Positions 24,874 through 37,673 of a stretch of 64,000 nucleotides of DNA are shown here, piece by piece. The DNA comes from Mobula hypostoma. Its lineage: Eukaryota. Numbering within the stretch: position 1 is the stretch's first letter; each line of letters starts with the position of its first letter. A model generated the notes under the pieces. The model made no database searches. It saw nothing but the letters and a program-made list of their open reading frames with translations, and was not told the origin of the DNA. The translations under genes and the position numbers were made by a program. The stretch lies in the NCBI RefSeq assembly GCF_963921235.1, contig NC_086108.1, positions 31,994,001-32,058,000 on the forward strand. The letters are read 5' to 3'.

Positions 24874-27105
24874 ACTGACTTGGTACATTACGCATGGCTG
24901 GAAAGGACATACCAACATAAAGCAAAGCAAAACCAAAGATAGAAAATACGTAATAAATGATTCTGGAGTAAATTCAACTGTTGAAAAAAAAATCTTTTGT
25001 GCTATAGGACCTAAAATGGAGACAATACTTTCCTGTTGATTTTAGAAGTCATATTTAAGAGAATCAATCATGGGTTGAAAGTTAGAATTTCTATAGCAAT
25101 CTGACCACATATTATCTTTTTGTCACTGTAATTGCAATTACAAGCAGGGCAAGCACTTCCAACAAATTCTTTTCTGTTTACTTGAGCTAGTCTCGCATGT
25201 GCTTGTAATGTAATATGTACAGGGCCTTCATAGTCTAATAGCTAGCAGAACAAGTGATTTCCTTTACTTCAGTTGTTTGGAAAGTATGAATCATGGAACC
25301 ACTATCATGTGATTTTATAATGATTTCACACTAAAGAATGGCATATTTACTTATTAGTTCATGACTCTTTCCCCATTATCCCTTCAAATTATGGTCCAAG
25401 TACTTATCACATTCCTTTTGTTGTCTACAACTGGTTGTCTACACTGTTTTACCCTTCCAGACCAAATCTTTTTATATTATGGAATATCTTCCTCATTGGT
25501 TATTTTGACAAATACCTCCAAACTATGCTCTCTATTTTTAATATTATCATTTTTAAATAATTTACAAGATGTTGCCATAGTTGGCAAGACCTTATTCCTA
25601 ACTACTCTTGCGACGGTGGTGATGGTGAGCTGCATTACTTCTCTGATTACTGTTGTCTCCTTGTGAAGGCATTTTTTGTCTGTCGATAGGATCATTTCCC
25701 CTATATTAACTGTGGGTAGACCCTTTACAACACCCAAGAAGATGAGAGTGTCTTTAACTTCAAGACTGTGGGCATCAGTGACATTGGCAATATTTGCCCA
25801 TTATTAATTGCCCTCAGAAGATAGGAATGCACCACTTCTTGAAATACTAAAATCTGTGTTGAAGGCACTCCCACAGTAATATTTGGAGTTTGAAAATACT
25901 GATCATGCAATCAATGTGCAGATAAAATTGGAGGTAACTTGAGGGTGGCAGTTTTACCATCTACTTGCTGCCCTTGTCCAAACTGATGAAGAACATAGGA
26001 TTTAAGGGGTGCTCCTGCAAAAGTGATGTGATCTGTGCATGCTGTAACCACGTAACATAGTGGTGAAGTGAATGGATGAGTAGTTTGTGAGACACTGTTC
26101 AGGGAGACTGCTCCATCCTTGATGACTCTGAGCTTTGAATATTGGAACGGGAAAATGTTTGTATGAAGACAAAGATCAGCAGAGATCCTGTGAGTTGAGA
26201 ATTATGTCGGAAAAAGAAGGATACAAATGAGACAAGGAGCTTTAATAAGATAAGAATGAGAAAGAAGTAACAATACACTGTACTTTTCCAATTGTGGCTG
26301 TAATAATGGAAGTCAGACAGTTGAAAAAGCTATCAAAAGGTTACCAAATCCAACTGTCATTGATTTGGTTTTAGTGAAATAAAGCAGCACATCTCTTAGA
26401 ACAGCAGGAAAAGAGAAGACAGATTTTTTATTTCAAGATTTCTTTCTCATATTTCAGAAAGTATATTTATATAGTGACTCATTCAACAGCATGCAACTGC
26501 AGAGCTGTGCAATATTATTCTTCAAGATTAAGTCCTTGAATTAATTGTAGTTTAAGAGTAGAAAAATGCATTTTACACTTTCCAAGCAAGAGTAGGAATT
26601 GTTTGGTCAGTTAGTTCCATATTTTTCTGAAGAATGCTGCATGTTGGACTACACGCCCATCAAGAAGGAATCACCTGCACTGTATCTTATCAGCTAAATA
26701 TGGTGGAAGGGCAGGAAAGAAAGAAGGGAGGAAGCGAAAGCAGTAGAGGAACAGGAGACTATCGAACATATAGCCTTTATGGCTGGGCTTCTCATGATGA
26801 ATCCTGAGATTTCTCATGAGCAAATACAAGTAAGCAGGAAACTTTCTAAAGCATCAGCAGTCCCATACCCATACATTTCTGATTTCAATGATATTACAGA
26901 ACCCTTTTATAATACAAAATAAAGACCAGCAAAAGTGCACATACAAATCAACTCTCAATAAATTAGATATTTATAAAATGTGATTAATTGCCTTATAAAT
27001 TCCATTTACCTTCTATGTGTCACTGTCAATCCTAATACTCTAATGCTTAGGATAAACAGTGACACACACAAGGTAGAAGGTAGGTGTAAGTGAAATGTTT
27101 AAGAT

Positions 27106-27150
<45 letters not shown>
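27106..27150 (+). repeat. (GATA)n microsatellite forming the tail of the adjacent LINE
   Basis: About 11 perfect GATA units next to ctttatt (AATAAAG on the minus strand). Confidence 0.95.
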
Positions 27151-27151
<1 letters not shown>

Positions 27152-27845
27152 CACTTTATTGACCCCAAAGGAAATTACAGTGTCACAGTAGCGTTACAAG
27201 TGCACAGATATAGATATTAGAAGAGAAGTAGAAAAAATAAAAAATAAGTTATCACAAACAGTCTAACAGGAGGGGGTCATCACTTCTCCAGCTATAGGTT
27301 GATTCATCATAGAGCCTAATGGCCGAGGGTAACAATGACCTCAATGACCTCTTTGTAGCAGCGCAGTTGTCTTAGTCTGTTACTAAAAGTACTACTCTGT
27401 TCAGCCAAGGTGGCATGCAGAGGGTGAGAATCATTGTCCAGAATTGTCAGGATTTTCTGTAGGGTCTTTTGTTCTACCACAGCCTCCAGTGTGTCCAATT
27501 TGACTCCTATAACTGAGCCAGACTTTCTAATCAGTTTATTAAGTCTATTGGTATCACCCATGTTGATGCCATTGTCCCAGCACACTACACTGCATAGGAG
27601 ATTGTATTGGCATCAACAGACTGGTAGAATATGTGAAAGAGAGGCCTGCATACTCCAAAGAACCTCAGTCTCCTCAGGAAGCAGAGGCAACTCTGGCCCT
27701 TCTTGTACGTAGCCTCTGTGTTGGTGCTCCACTCAAGTCTGTCATCCAGGTGCACCCGCAGGTACTTGTAGGTCCTCACCACATCCACGTCCTCCTCACT
27801 ATCAATGGTAACAGGGAGCAATGCTGGCTTAGGCTTTCTAAGGCA
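27151..27845 (-). mobile_element. Rex1/Babar-type LINE 3' fragment
   Basis: YKYLRVHLDDRLEWSTNT...KKGQSCLCFLRRLR, LNKLIRKSGSVIG, HPLH. Confidence 0.85.
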
Positions 27846-28605
27846 ATTAGTTTAATTTTATAAATATGTATAGATATTTATATATCTTAAATTAACTCAG
27901 AGTTATACAACATAGTTGGTGAAAGACTGAAAACAGCAAAGGATGATGTTAAAGCAGTTCTTTCTAGTCTGGATCCTTGTGCTCCATGGAGTCACTGTCA
28001 CAAGCGAGGATGCTGGTCAGTAACTCTAGCTAGCTGTAGTAGGACAGATTGCTGGACTGTAGTGTTGCCCCGAAAGCTACATTGAATTGTGTTCACTTGC
28101 AACAATCGGACTTTTCACCATGTCATAAGAGATTTCATACCTGTCATTGCAGCAGCTTCCACAAGTCTGCCACTGGACATCACTTGTTGAAGAGCATGGG
28201 CTCGAATGTCTGTGCAAAATCCTTTGCCTATGTGGTGCAGAACTCCACCATGCACCTTGACATCATGCACATTTTCGTTCAGTGTACCAGTCTTTACATA
28301 CACTTAACAGTCATCATCTGATGACAGCAAAAACATCACCTGACTTCCTTGTAGCATTATTTACAGTATGTCAGACAACATCTTATGACAAATTAGCTGT
28401 TGTGCTGCCATTTCCACTCCTGTGCATTACTGCCTGATGCTTTCTCTATTCCAGGTGGTCTTAACCTTGAGGTCCATGAATAGATTCCAGGAGTTCTGTG
28501 AACTTAGATGGGAAAAAGCTCACATCTTTATTTTCACTAACCTGTATTCTAAGTATGTTCAGTATCTAAACTGAGGTTCAAGTGTAACAAAGTGACTTTG
28601 TCTCT

Positions 28606-28660
28606 TCATTTGCTACCTTCATTCCCCTTTTGTCTCTGATCAGCTGCAGCTCTAACGTGA
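28606..28660 (-). CDS. Candidate terminal dynamin exon: (S)HVRAAADQRQKGNEGSK*
   Basis: Long pyrimidine tract plus cag acceptor (tttctttgtttattcctgttgcatttcag), phase-2 compatible, AATAAA on the minus strand near 28530. No recognisable similarity to known dynamin tails. Confidence 0.25.
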
Positions 28661-29209
28661 CTGAAATGCAACAGGAATAAACAAAGAAATGCAGTGGGGG
28701 AGACTGGAGAAAGCAGAAACGAGATGCTAATATCATCTGCCACTTGGAGTCAGATTAGTTTGAGAAATAAAGGAGATGTGTGAAGAAGGGAGGCAGACTG
28801 GATATATAGACAGAATCATCATTGATCCCTTCGATACCATTCCCATGATATCCAACACTGATTGATTCATGCAGACTGAATATTGAAAGAGTGGTTACCT
28901 TTGTTCACTTCCTCCCTATTATACATAACTTCTTCAAAAAAGAGGATTTGTTTCAGTGAGTCTTTTGCATTATGTTTTCAAGAGGTGCAGTGAGGATGCA
29001 GCAGCTGTGAGCTTGTGGGTGTGAGGCTTGCAGCAATGCGAAGTCATTGAGAGTGAGGTAGAACAAATGAACTGAGTGGACAATTATAGTGCAGTGAATC
29101 GAAAAAAGGATGAGCCTATTGTTGCAGTCAGGATAAACCTTGAGGATAGAGCTTGCTCACTTTATTCACTTGAGATTATTCACTTTAAAAGTATTCCTTC
29201 ACTGCATCC

Positions 29210-29740
29210 GTGAACTATGAATGCCTCTACTTTTTGAGGCTGCTGAAGAGAGCTGGTCTTTGCACATTCATACTCACATTTTTTCTCAGATGCACAGTAG
29301 AGAGCATCCTGACAAGCTGTATCACTGTTTGGTATGGAAAATGCACAGCAGCAGACAGGAAGGCTCTACAATGGGTAGTCAAAACTGTTCAATGCATTAC
29401 TGGCACCAGCCTCCCTGCCTTCAAGGTTGTACCTGTATATACAGAAAGGTGCCAGAAAAGGACAAGTAACATCATGAAGGATCCTCCCACTTTGCTGTTG
29501 GACTGTTTGTCCTGTTCCCATCTCGAGGCTATGTAGCATCTGCATCAGGATCACCAGACTCAAATACAGTTACTTTCCCCAGGCAGTAAGGCTGATCAAC
29601 ACTTCCACCCACTAACTCCATCACTACTTTATTATTTCCTGTCAGACACCTTATATACAGCCTAGTGTCACTTTATGGAGATACAATCAATATCTCTCTT
29701 TTTCTGTCTCTTTCTCTCTCTCATGCATTTATATTTATTG

Positions 29741-29776
<36 letters not shown>

Positions 29777-29890
29777 GTTCTTTAAACTTTTGCAAGGTTT
29801 TTTGTGTTGCATTGGATCCAGAATAACTATTATTTTGTTCTCCTTTATACTTGTGTACCGGAAATGACATTAAACAATTTGAATCTTGAA
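29210..29890 (+). mobile_element. Rex1/Babar-type LINE 3' fragment containing a (TTA)n tract
   Basis: LYFLRLLKRAG, RCTVESILTSCITVWYG, DRKALQWVVKT; tail attaaacaatttgaatcttgaa. Confidence 0.85.
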
Positions 29891-30322
29891 CCACACACTT
29901 GAGGTGTTCCCTAAAGAGTCACAACACACTTTTCAAAACACTCCTACCCTTTTAAGTCAAGAAGAATCATATCATTAAACACAACTAGTAAATCAGGATA
30001 AAAGGTCTCTATAAATGGAATTAATGAAGACCAAAAATAAGTGCTACCTATTGGTAACATCAGCAGGAGTTAAGGCCCTGCGAAGAAATGAATAGAATTG
30101 AATGAATTGTACAGGACACCCTATGCCTATTTCTAGATGTAATTCATTTGAAACACTTCTGAGTAATATGAAGCACTTGGGGGTTATATTTCATACTTCT
30201 GGTTTTGTTGCAATTAAGTAATGTATCAATAGTCATATTGTTGAATCAGAGCACTAGACTATGGAACTGACATAAAGAAAAGAAAATTGATAACACAATT
30301 AACAGCCCAGTTATCTGCTTAC

Positions 30323-30538
30323 CTGGGGATGATGGGCCCATGTGTGGATCTTGAAGGGGAACGTGCCAATACTTCAGCACTGCTAGGACCACTGAGGGAA
30401 TCTGGAATGCCTGGGTGGGTTGTGAGCAGAGGGTCAGTTGATGAAGAATGTTTTGATTGAATGGATGATACTGGAACACGTCCGGATTGTCTGCATGGTG
30501 GATGGCCAGAAAAAGGCTGCCAGTGTGGATCTTTAGAA
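30323..30538 (-). CDS. DNM3: Dynamin proline-rich-domain exon (216 nt), divergent: (S)SKDPHWQPFSGHPPCRQSGRVPVSSIQ...LARSPSRSTHGPIIP(R/S)
   Basis: Inside ORF 30319..30561; acceptor ttatttctctag|T, donor CCCAG|gtaagc; phase 2/2 fits the previous exon; position and Ser/Pro richness fit the PRD exon, but sequence similarity is weak. Confidence 0.8.
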
Positions 30539-31396
30539 CTAGAGAAATAATTCATAATCATTCAAATTATATTTAGAATTGCCATTCCTCTATCATATCA
30601 ATATCAACCCCTACTCAAAAACACAAATATTTCTAGACCAAATTACATTTGACAAATCTAGAAACTTCATCCATTAATTGATGGGATACAGAATTTGAAT
30701 CCAAATGATGGAACAAAAGAATATTCCCTTTGGTCACAGCAGTCATAAGTGAAGATCTTGTGTAGTTTCATAACAATTTATTGTGGAGGTGGGCCCACCA
30801 TTCAAAACTGCAAGGAGACCCCACATAAAATGACTTCAAATATGGGAAGCAAAACACTGAAATAATTATAAATGGGAATTCTGCATGGAAGAGGTATAGT
30901 ACAGGGAACTTTATTCCTTAATTGATTTTGGTTTTACATCAGTTAAGAATGCCTCCTGTCCACTGTGCTAAAAAGATTTGAAAAAAAATATTTAATGTGC
31001 TAAGACTAAAATTTCTTATTTTTAAAGAAACAGGTTATACCACATGCATGCCTTGGGTCTTGCATGTGAATGAGAGCAGCCTCCTACCAAGCCAGCACAA
31101 GCACCACCACCCCCCCACCTCCCGCCACTTCCATGACATAATACCACAGATTTTTAGGTTCATTACATTTCCTAGATTATATCTTTTAAAATTACATGTC
31201 TGGCCATACTACATATAAACAAACACAGATATACACGCTAACGCTGGGAGAATAAGAGAGAGATGAAGAAACATCCTGGTTCCAGATCCTGCCTAAAAAA
31301 CTACTTTTAGCGAACTCCATAAATAAAAATTCTGAAAAGAATCAAGTGGCAGATACATGACAAATAAATATAAAATTGCCATCTCTGCATTCATAC

Positions 31397-31623
31397 CTGT
31401 GCTCTGTTTGTAACCAGGAATTGTCCACAGGAGGTGGTATAGGAACTGATGTGGTATTAGTATTAATGTCGCCAATAATACTCAGTGCTTTGCAGATAGC
31501 ATTGTATGTTCTAAGTGTTTCATCACGCCTTTGTGCCTGTTCCTTTGACTCCTCCATTAGGGTATTTTGCTCTTCTGAGGAATACAGTTTTGCCAAAAGT
31601 TCTGTGTTGATAAATTCCTTAGT
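31397..31623 (-). CDS. DNM3: Dynamin GED exon (227 nt): [75 protein letters not shown]
   Basis: Overlaps ORF 31342..31596; acceptor gttctatag|ACT, donor CAG|gtatga; phase 0 in, phase 2 out; [13 protein letters not shown] and PPPVD.SW motifs. Confidence 0.95.
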
Positions 31624-32814
31624 CTATAGAACATTATAAAAACAATTAAGTATACTGCTAAGCTTTTAATTCATGATAAAAAATTGAGAATTGGGTAAAA
31701 TTTCTATGCGCTTAAAGGGTAACAGAATGGAACATTAAGTTAACTGACAAAGTATGTGCACATTTAGTTGAAATGAAAATCAAAATAGCTGGCCAGTCAT
31801 TATTGTATAAACATTTAATGCTGATCCACATGTGCCTCTCTGCCATTGTTTTCAGTAATTGCTTTTGCAAGTGGTGAATGGTTGTCTATTTGCATTGAGG
31901 AGACTGCAGAGGACTCTGAAGTAACACCTCAAACAGGTAAGATGGGGTTCAGTGGTCAGAGACTCTCAAGGGAGACAGCGGTGCCTGTGGGAGCTGGATG
32001 TGAAAGAATCATGAGTTTGCTGAGTAGCTCAGGACTGCTACCTCAGAATAGTAGTGGGTTTTTGGGGGTGGGGAGGGGACATTGCCTAAAGAACAACCAG
32101 CTGAATTGCTTACAGGGGATCTAGCTATTGGATTTCCGTTTCCAGTGCTGGCCCAAGATCTATTCAGAGAAGTCCTCTTTGAAACATGCCATGAGTAGGC
32201 TTCAAAGCCCAATGGCTGGAAACATATTGAATATTCCAGAAGTGGCATATAGATGTGCATTGCACACTGTTGATGCCACTTTGCATATATGAGGTCCCCC
32301 CTCCATTAACATGTCAGATGCGATGAGAGGCCTGGGAGGAAAAACAGCAACATTATGAAGCCTGATTGCTAACTTGAGATACAAGGGACCATAGATACTG
32401 GAATCTAGAGCAAGGAACAATCTGGTGATGAAACTCAGCAAGTCAAGCCGCATTTGTGGGGGGAAAGGAATTGTTGACACTTCAGGTTGAAACCCTGCAT
32501 CAGGACACCCATCACTAACAAATATAGTGGAGAATCTGCACATTGGGAGTAGTTTGATTATGGATCAGTGTCAAGTATATAAAGAACTTTTAGATAAAGC
32601 CTTGAGGAAGAATGCACCGGCAGGACATTTAGATGTGGTTGGAGAAAGAAGAGTGGCATGAAACTCACATGGATCATAAAGTTCATCCTGGGCTTGCTGG
32701 GTTGATTAGCCTGTTTTTGTACTTTAACTAGGACCTATTACTTTGAGAAAATCAGCAACCGACTGTAGAGTGACTGCAGATACATATATATGCAAAAAAA
32801 ACATTATAAATAAC

Positions 32815-34185
32815 TCTTACTTCAGTGGTGGGCAAATTGTTGGAGAAGATCCTGAGGGTCAGGATTTATGAGCATTTAGAGAGACATAATCTGATTAGGG
32901 ATAGTCAATATGGCTCTGTCAAGGGCAGGTCATGCCTTACAAACTTGACTGAATATTTTGAGGATATAACAAAACACATTGATGAAGACAGAGCAGTGGA
33001 TGTAGTGTATATGGATTTCAGTAAGGCATTTGATAAGGTTCCCCATGCGAAGCTCATTTAGAAAGTAGTGATACATGGGATCCAAGCAGACCTTGCTTTA
33101 TGGATCCAGAATTGGCTTGTCCACAGAAGACAAAGGGTGGTTGTGGATGGTTCATATTATGCATGGAGAATGGTGACCAGTGGTGTTCCACAGGGATTTG
33201 TTCTTGGACCCCTCCTCTTTGTGATTTTTATAAATGACCTGGATAAGGAAGTAGTAGGGTGGGTTAGTAAGTTTGCTAATGACACAAAAGTTGGGGGTGT
33301 TGTGGATAGTCTGGAGGGTTGTCAGAAGTTATAGCATGATATCAATAGAATGCAGAACTGGGCTGAGAAGTGGCAGATGGAGTTCAACCCAGATAAGTAA
33401 AGTGGTTCATTTTGGAGGTCAAATTTGAAGACAAAATATAATATTAATGGTAAGACTCTTGGCAGTGTGAAGGATTAGCAAGATCTTGGGGTCCATGTCC
33501 ATAGGACACTCAAAGCTGCTGTGCAGGTTGACAGTGTTGTTAAGAAGGCATATGGTATGTTCATCTTCTTTAACCATGGACTTGAGTTCAAGCGCCATGA
33601 GATAATGTTACAGCTGTATACGACCTTAGCTGGACCCCACTTGGGAGTACTGTTTTCAGTTCTGGTTACCGCACTACAGGAAAGACGTGGATATTATATA
33701 GAGAGTGTAGAGGAGATTTACGAGGATGTTGCCTGGATTAGAGAGCATGCCTTAGGAGAATAGGTTGAGTGAACTTGGCCTGTCCTCCATGGAGTGACGG
33801 AGGATGAAAGGCGACCTGATAGAGGTTTGTAAGATGATGAGAGGCATTGATCATGTGGATAGCCAGAGGCTTTTTCCCAGGGCTGAAATGGCTAACACGA
33901 GGGGGCATAGTTTTAAAGTGCTTGGAAGTAGGTACAAGGGGAATGTCAGAGGTAAGTTTTTTTACACAGAGAGTGGTGGGTGTGTGGAACACACTGCCAG
34001 TGAAGGTGGTAGAGGCAGATACAATAGGGTCTTTTAAGAGTCTCTTAGGTAGGTACATGGAGCTTTGAAAAATAGAGGACTATGCATTAGGGACATTCTA
34101 GGCAGCTACTAAAGTAAGGTTACATGGTTGGCACAACATTGTTGGCTGAAGGGCCTGTAATGTGCTTTAGATCGCTATGTTTTCT
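32815..34185 (+). mobile_element. CR1-clade (HER1-like) LINE 3' fragment
   Basis: VVGKLLEKIL, GRSCLTNL, YMDFSKAFDKVPH, SGVPQGFVLGPLLFVIFINDLD, KFANDTKVGG, TRGHSFKV. Confidence 0.92.
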
Positions 34186-34494
34186 AAAACATCCCAATAG
34201 AAATATGTAATAAGGCACAATTGATTTCCTTCAATAAAAATGACAGCACATATAATTTACTTTTAAGAGAATAATGCTATAAAATAAATGTACTAGAACG
34301 TGTGACATGCAAAAATCTACACCTACTGACTACATGAGTTAATAGCAAACTCGATTACAAGACAATACTGATATTTTCTACACAGTAAATATGAGAACTT
34401 TAAAAAAAGAGATAACCTTTTTCCAATATGTGGTAAAAATAATGTTTAGTTTTTACTTATTTGCTTTATTTTGCTGAAGAAAAATAAAACTCAC

Positions 34495-34659
34495 ATTATT
34501 TATCATAAGGTGCATAATTATCTTTGGCATAAGGTCCCGGATAGTCTTGTTAATGACATACATGTATGACTCGACTAAGTTGCGTATAGTCATCACTTGT
34601 CTCTCCAGCTGAGGGTCCTTGGAGAAGTTATGCGTACCTACTGCCTCTTCACTATCAAG
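34495..34659 (-). CDS. DNM3: Dynamin stalk/GED exon (165 nt): [55 protein letters not shown]
   Basis: Inside ORF 34453..34674; acceptor gctttgcacag|CTT, donor AAT|gtgagt; phase 0/0; classic [17 protein letters not shown] motif. Confidence 0.95.
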
Positions 34660-35714
34660 CTGTGCAAAGCACAAACACAGAAAAACTTAAATAAATTCCC
34701 CAGTTTACCATGAGGTAGTTTCAAATTAAATAGTAGAAATCTGAGATGTGTCCATCCCAGTGACAAAGTTGAAAGTTGGGAGTTTCACTGTATAGTGAGA
34801 AATAAATATGTACTCTGTGCTACTTTAGCTTCTACTTCCTGATTTATGATAAAGCATTTAATTTGTACAACAAATTGAAGTCCCAGTGGTTGGAATGAAC
34901 AAAACAACTCTTACATGTCTTTTCACTGAGATTCCATTACTTCACACATCATTTCCTACTTTTTCCGCCGCCCAGTTAGTTTAACAAATATCAAGGAAAA
35001 CAGAGCACCTTGAGAAAAAGTCAAAGTAACTAGGCACAGTCAACAACAGTTTTGTGAAAATGAAATTATGTCCACCTCATTAGCTGAGGTTCTTTGAAGA
35101 AATAATGTGGTGTGGTATTTCAGAAGGGGCAGCACTGTTGGATTAGCAGTGTCAAGGCAGAAACCGGACTGAGGGAGAGGCTGGAGGTTGAGGTTAAGGT
35201 TGAGGTTGAGCTCACAAAGCAGGAGGCGTGCAGAGGAGGGTCCGCACCAAGGGAAAGGACAGGTCAATGGAGGATAAAGCAAAGGAAGAGGCCAGACCAA
35301 TGAAGGGGCAATATCAAAGAGGCAGCCATGGAGATGGAGGGGGCAGAACAAGGAAGATGCCAGGCTGAATCACAGTAATCCAGCACATATTTAGTTGGGC
35401 ACATGCTGAAGAACTGAACTTTCAGGGTAATCTGAATGGAGCACAAAATTTCAATTGATGGATTTTAACGCTGGTTTGTTTTTGTCAAGCAAACTTACAA
35501 GTATCAAGTCAAAACATCATGTATATTTACAAAGATGTGAATGCAGGAAAGAATGAATAACATGAAGTGAGATCAAAGCTGGGGAAGAAAGCTGCCATGA
35601 AAAAGCCATCTTACAGAAAATTGCTTCCAAATAAATTTAATCTTAAATAAAAAATGTACATTTCTACATGCAGCTGAGTTTTCAGTTAGTGTTATTGTTG
35701 AACTTAGAAATTAA

Positions 35715-37075
35715 CTGGCGAGCGTTCAAGGACATATTCAACCTCTCACTGCTGCAGTCAAAGGTCTACATCAGCTTCAAAAGGGCATCAGTTATACCAG
35801 CGCGCAAGAAATACAGGGTGACGATCACCCGATAGTACTCACATCTTCTCTGTGTGATGAAGTGCTTTGAGAGTTGGTCGTGACTAAAATTAACTCCTGC
35901 CTGAGTGAGGACCGAGACCAACTGCAATTTTCTTACTGCCATAACAGGTCTACAGCGGACATAATCTCACTAGCTCTCATTGAACTATGGATGATCTGGA
36001 CAACAGCAATACCTATGTCACGCTGCTGTCTAATCACTGCAACTCAACGTTTAAAAACATCAACCCTCAGTACTACATCAACAAGCTCCAAGACTTGAGC
36101 CTCTGTGCCTCCCACTTGAAACTGGATTCTTGACTTCATCAGAAGACCACAGTCTATACCGATTGGTGACAACATCTTTTGCAGATAATCAACACAGACA
36201 CACCTCAAGGATGTGTTCTTAGCCCACTGCGCTACTCTCTCCACATACATGGCTGTGTGGCTAGGCAGAACTCAAATGCCATCCATAAATGTAAATTCGC
36301 TGATGACACCACCGTTGCTGGCAGAATCTCAGATGGCAACGAGGAGGCATACTGGAGTAAAATGAACCAGCTGGTCAAGTAGTGTCATAAAAACAACCTT
36401 GCACTCAATGTCAGCAAGACAAAGGAACTGACTGTGGAGTTCAGGAAAGAAAGATCATGAGAATTGATTGAGAAGTCAATGGTGGAAAGGGTGAACAATT
36501 TCGAGTTCCTGGGCATCAACATCTTAGAGGGTCTATCATATTGATGTCATCATGATGAAGACATGACAGCAGATATACGTTATTAGGAGTTTGAGGAGAT
36601 TTGGTAAGTAACCAAAGACTTGCATATTTCTACAGATGCACCATGAAGAGCATTCTGAGTGGTATGGAGGCACCAATGCACAGATCATAAAAGGATTCAG
36701 CAGTTTCTAGACTCAGCCAGTTCCATCACAGGCACAAGCCACCCCAATACTGAGGACATCTTCAAAAGGTGGTGAGGATCCATCATTAAGGACCCTCATC
36801 ATTTGGAGCATGTCTTCTTCTCATTACTACCATAAGGGAGGAGGCTCAGGAGCCTATAGACCTCAATGTGGTAGGAACAGCTTCTTCTCCCCTGTCATCA
36901 GAGTTCTGTACAATCTATGAACCCATGAACACTGCCTCACTATTTCTCTACTGTACTATTTATTAAATTATTTTTATTGTAATCTATAGTAATTTATGTC
37001 TGCACTGTATTGCTGCCACAAGACATCAAATTTTATAACTAATGTCAGTGACAATAAACCTGATTCTGATTCTAA
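35715..37075 (+). mobile_element. Rex1/Babar-type LINE 3' fragment
   Basis: PQGCVLSPLRYSL, KFADDTTVAGRIS; tail aataaacctgattctgattct. Confidence 0.88.
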
Positions 37076-37673
37076 AGATAGCTATTATGGATTTTACTGG
37101 AAATACTGAGTGTCAGACAACAAGACACAATCTTGTTTCAACAATAAATTATATTTAAAAAACAATTTTATTTTCCAGTTTACTGGTTTTAAAATATTAC
37201 TTTCAAATGTGGAAACACCTCTTCTATGCCAATAAATCTACAAGAATGCATTATAGATATAATTTATAGATACAGCCCTCACTCAATCCGTCAGTCTTCT
37301 TCCACCACCTGCAAGTGACTTTTCTTCCACATGTCACACGCAAAGAAAAAGTGTGAAAAACCAGTTGAACAGAAGCTTGCAGTTGCTGGTCCATGACAGA
37401 AAACTTGTTGACACAATTATGACACAATTATGAGATACAACACCAAAAACAATTTCTAGGTCTGTACACTTGTGGCAGTGTGATTGCTCAGCACTGCTAC
37501 CCTCATAGCTCCAGTGACCTGGGTTCAATCCGGACTCTGGGTAAGTTGTATCTTTTCTTTGTGACTACGTAGGATTTCTTCTCACCCTCCGACGTCCCCA
37601 AGTTGCTCCTTGTGTGGGTGGATGGCATAGGTTGGTGTCTTGTTGGGAATTTGGGAGAAAAAAATAATATATA

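Noticed and set aside
24451..24936. 161-aa minus-strand ORF
   Set aside because: Antisense shadow of the RTE ORF.
27960..28440. Coding-looking segment with ORFs on both strands
   Set aside because: No recognisable domain and stops in the frames checked; may be UTR or an old repeat.
31846..32260. Pro/Ser-rich ORFs between the GED exons (RSPVSNSAGCSLGNVPSPPP...) resembling a PRD exon
   Set aside because: Wrong position (upstream of the 227-nt exon), in-frame stop, weak acceptor; the flanking exons already join in phase.
35185..35210. (GAGGTT)n hexamer run resembling a telomeric repeat
   Set aside because: Only about four imperfect units and not TTAGGG; ordinary low-complexity sequence.
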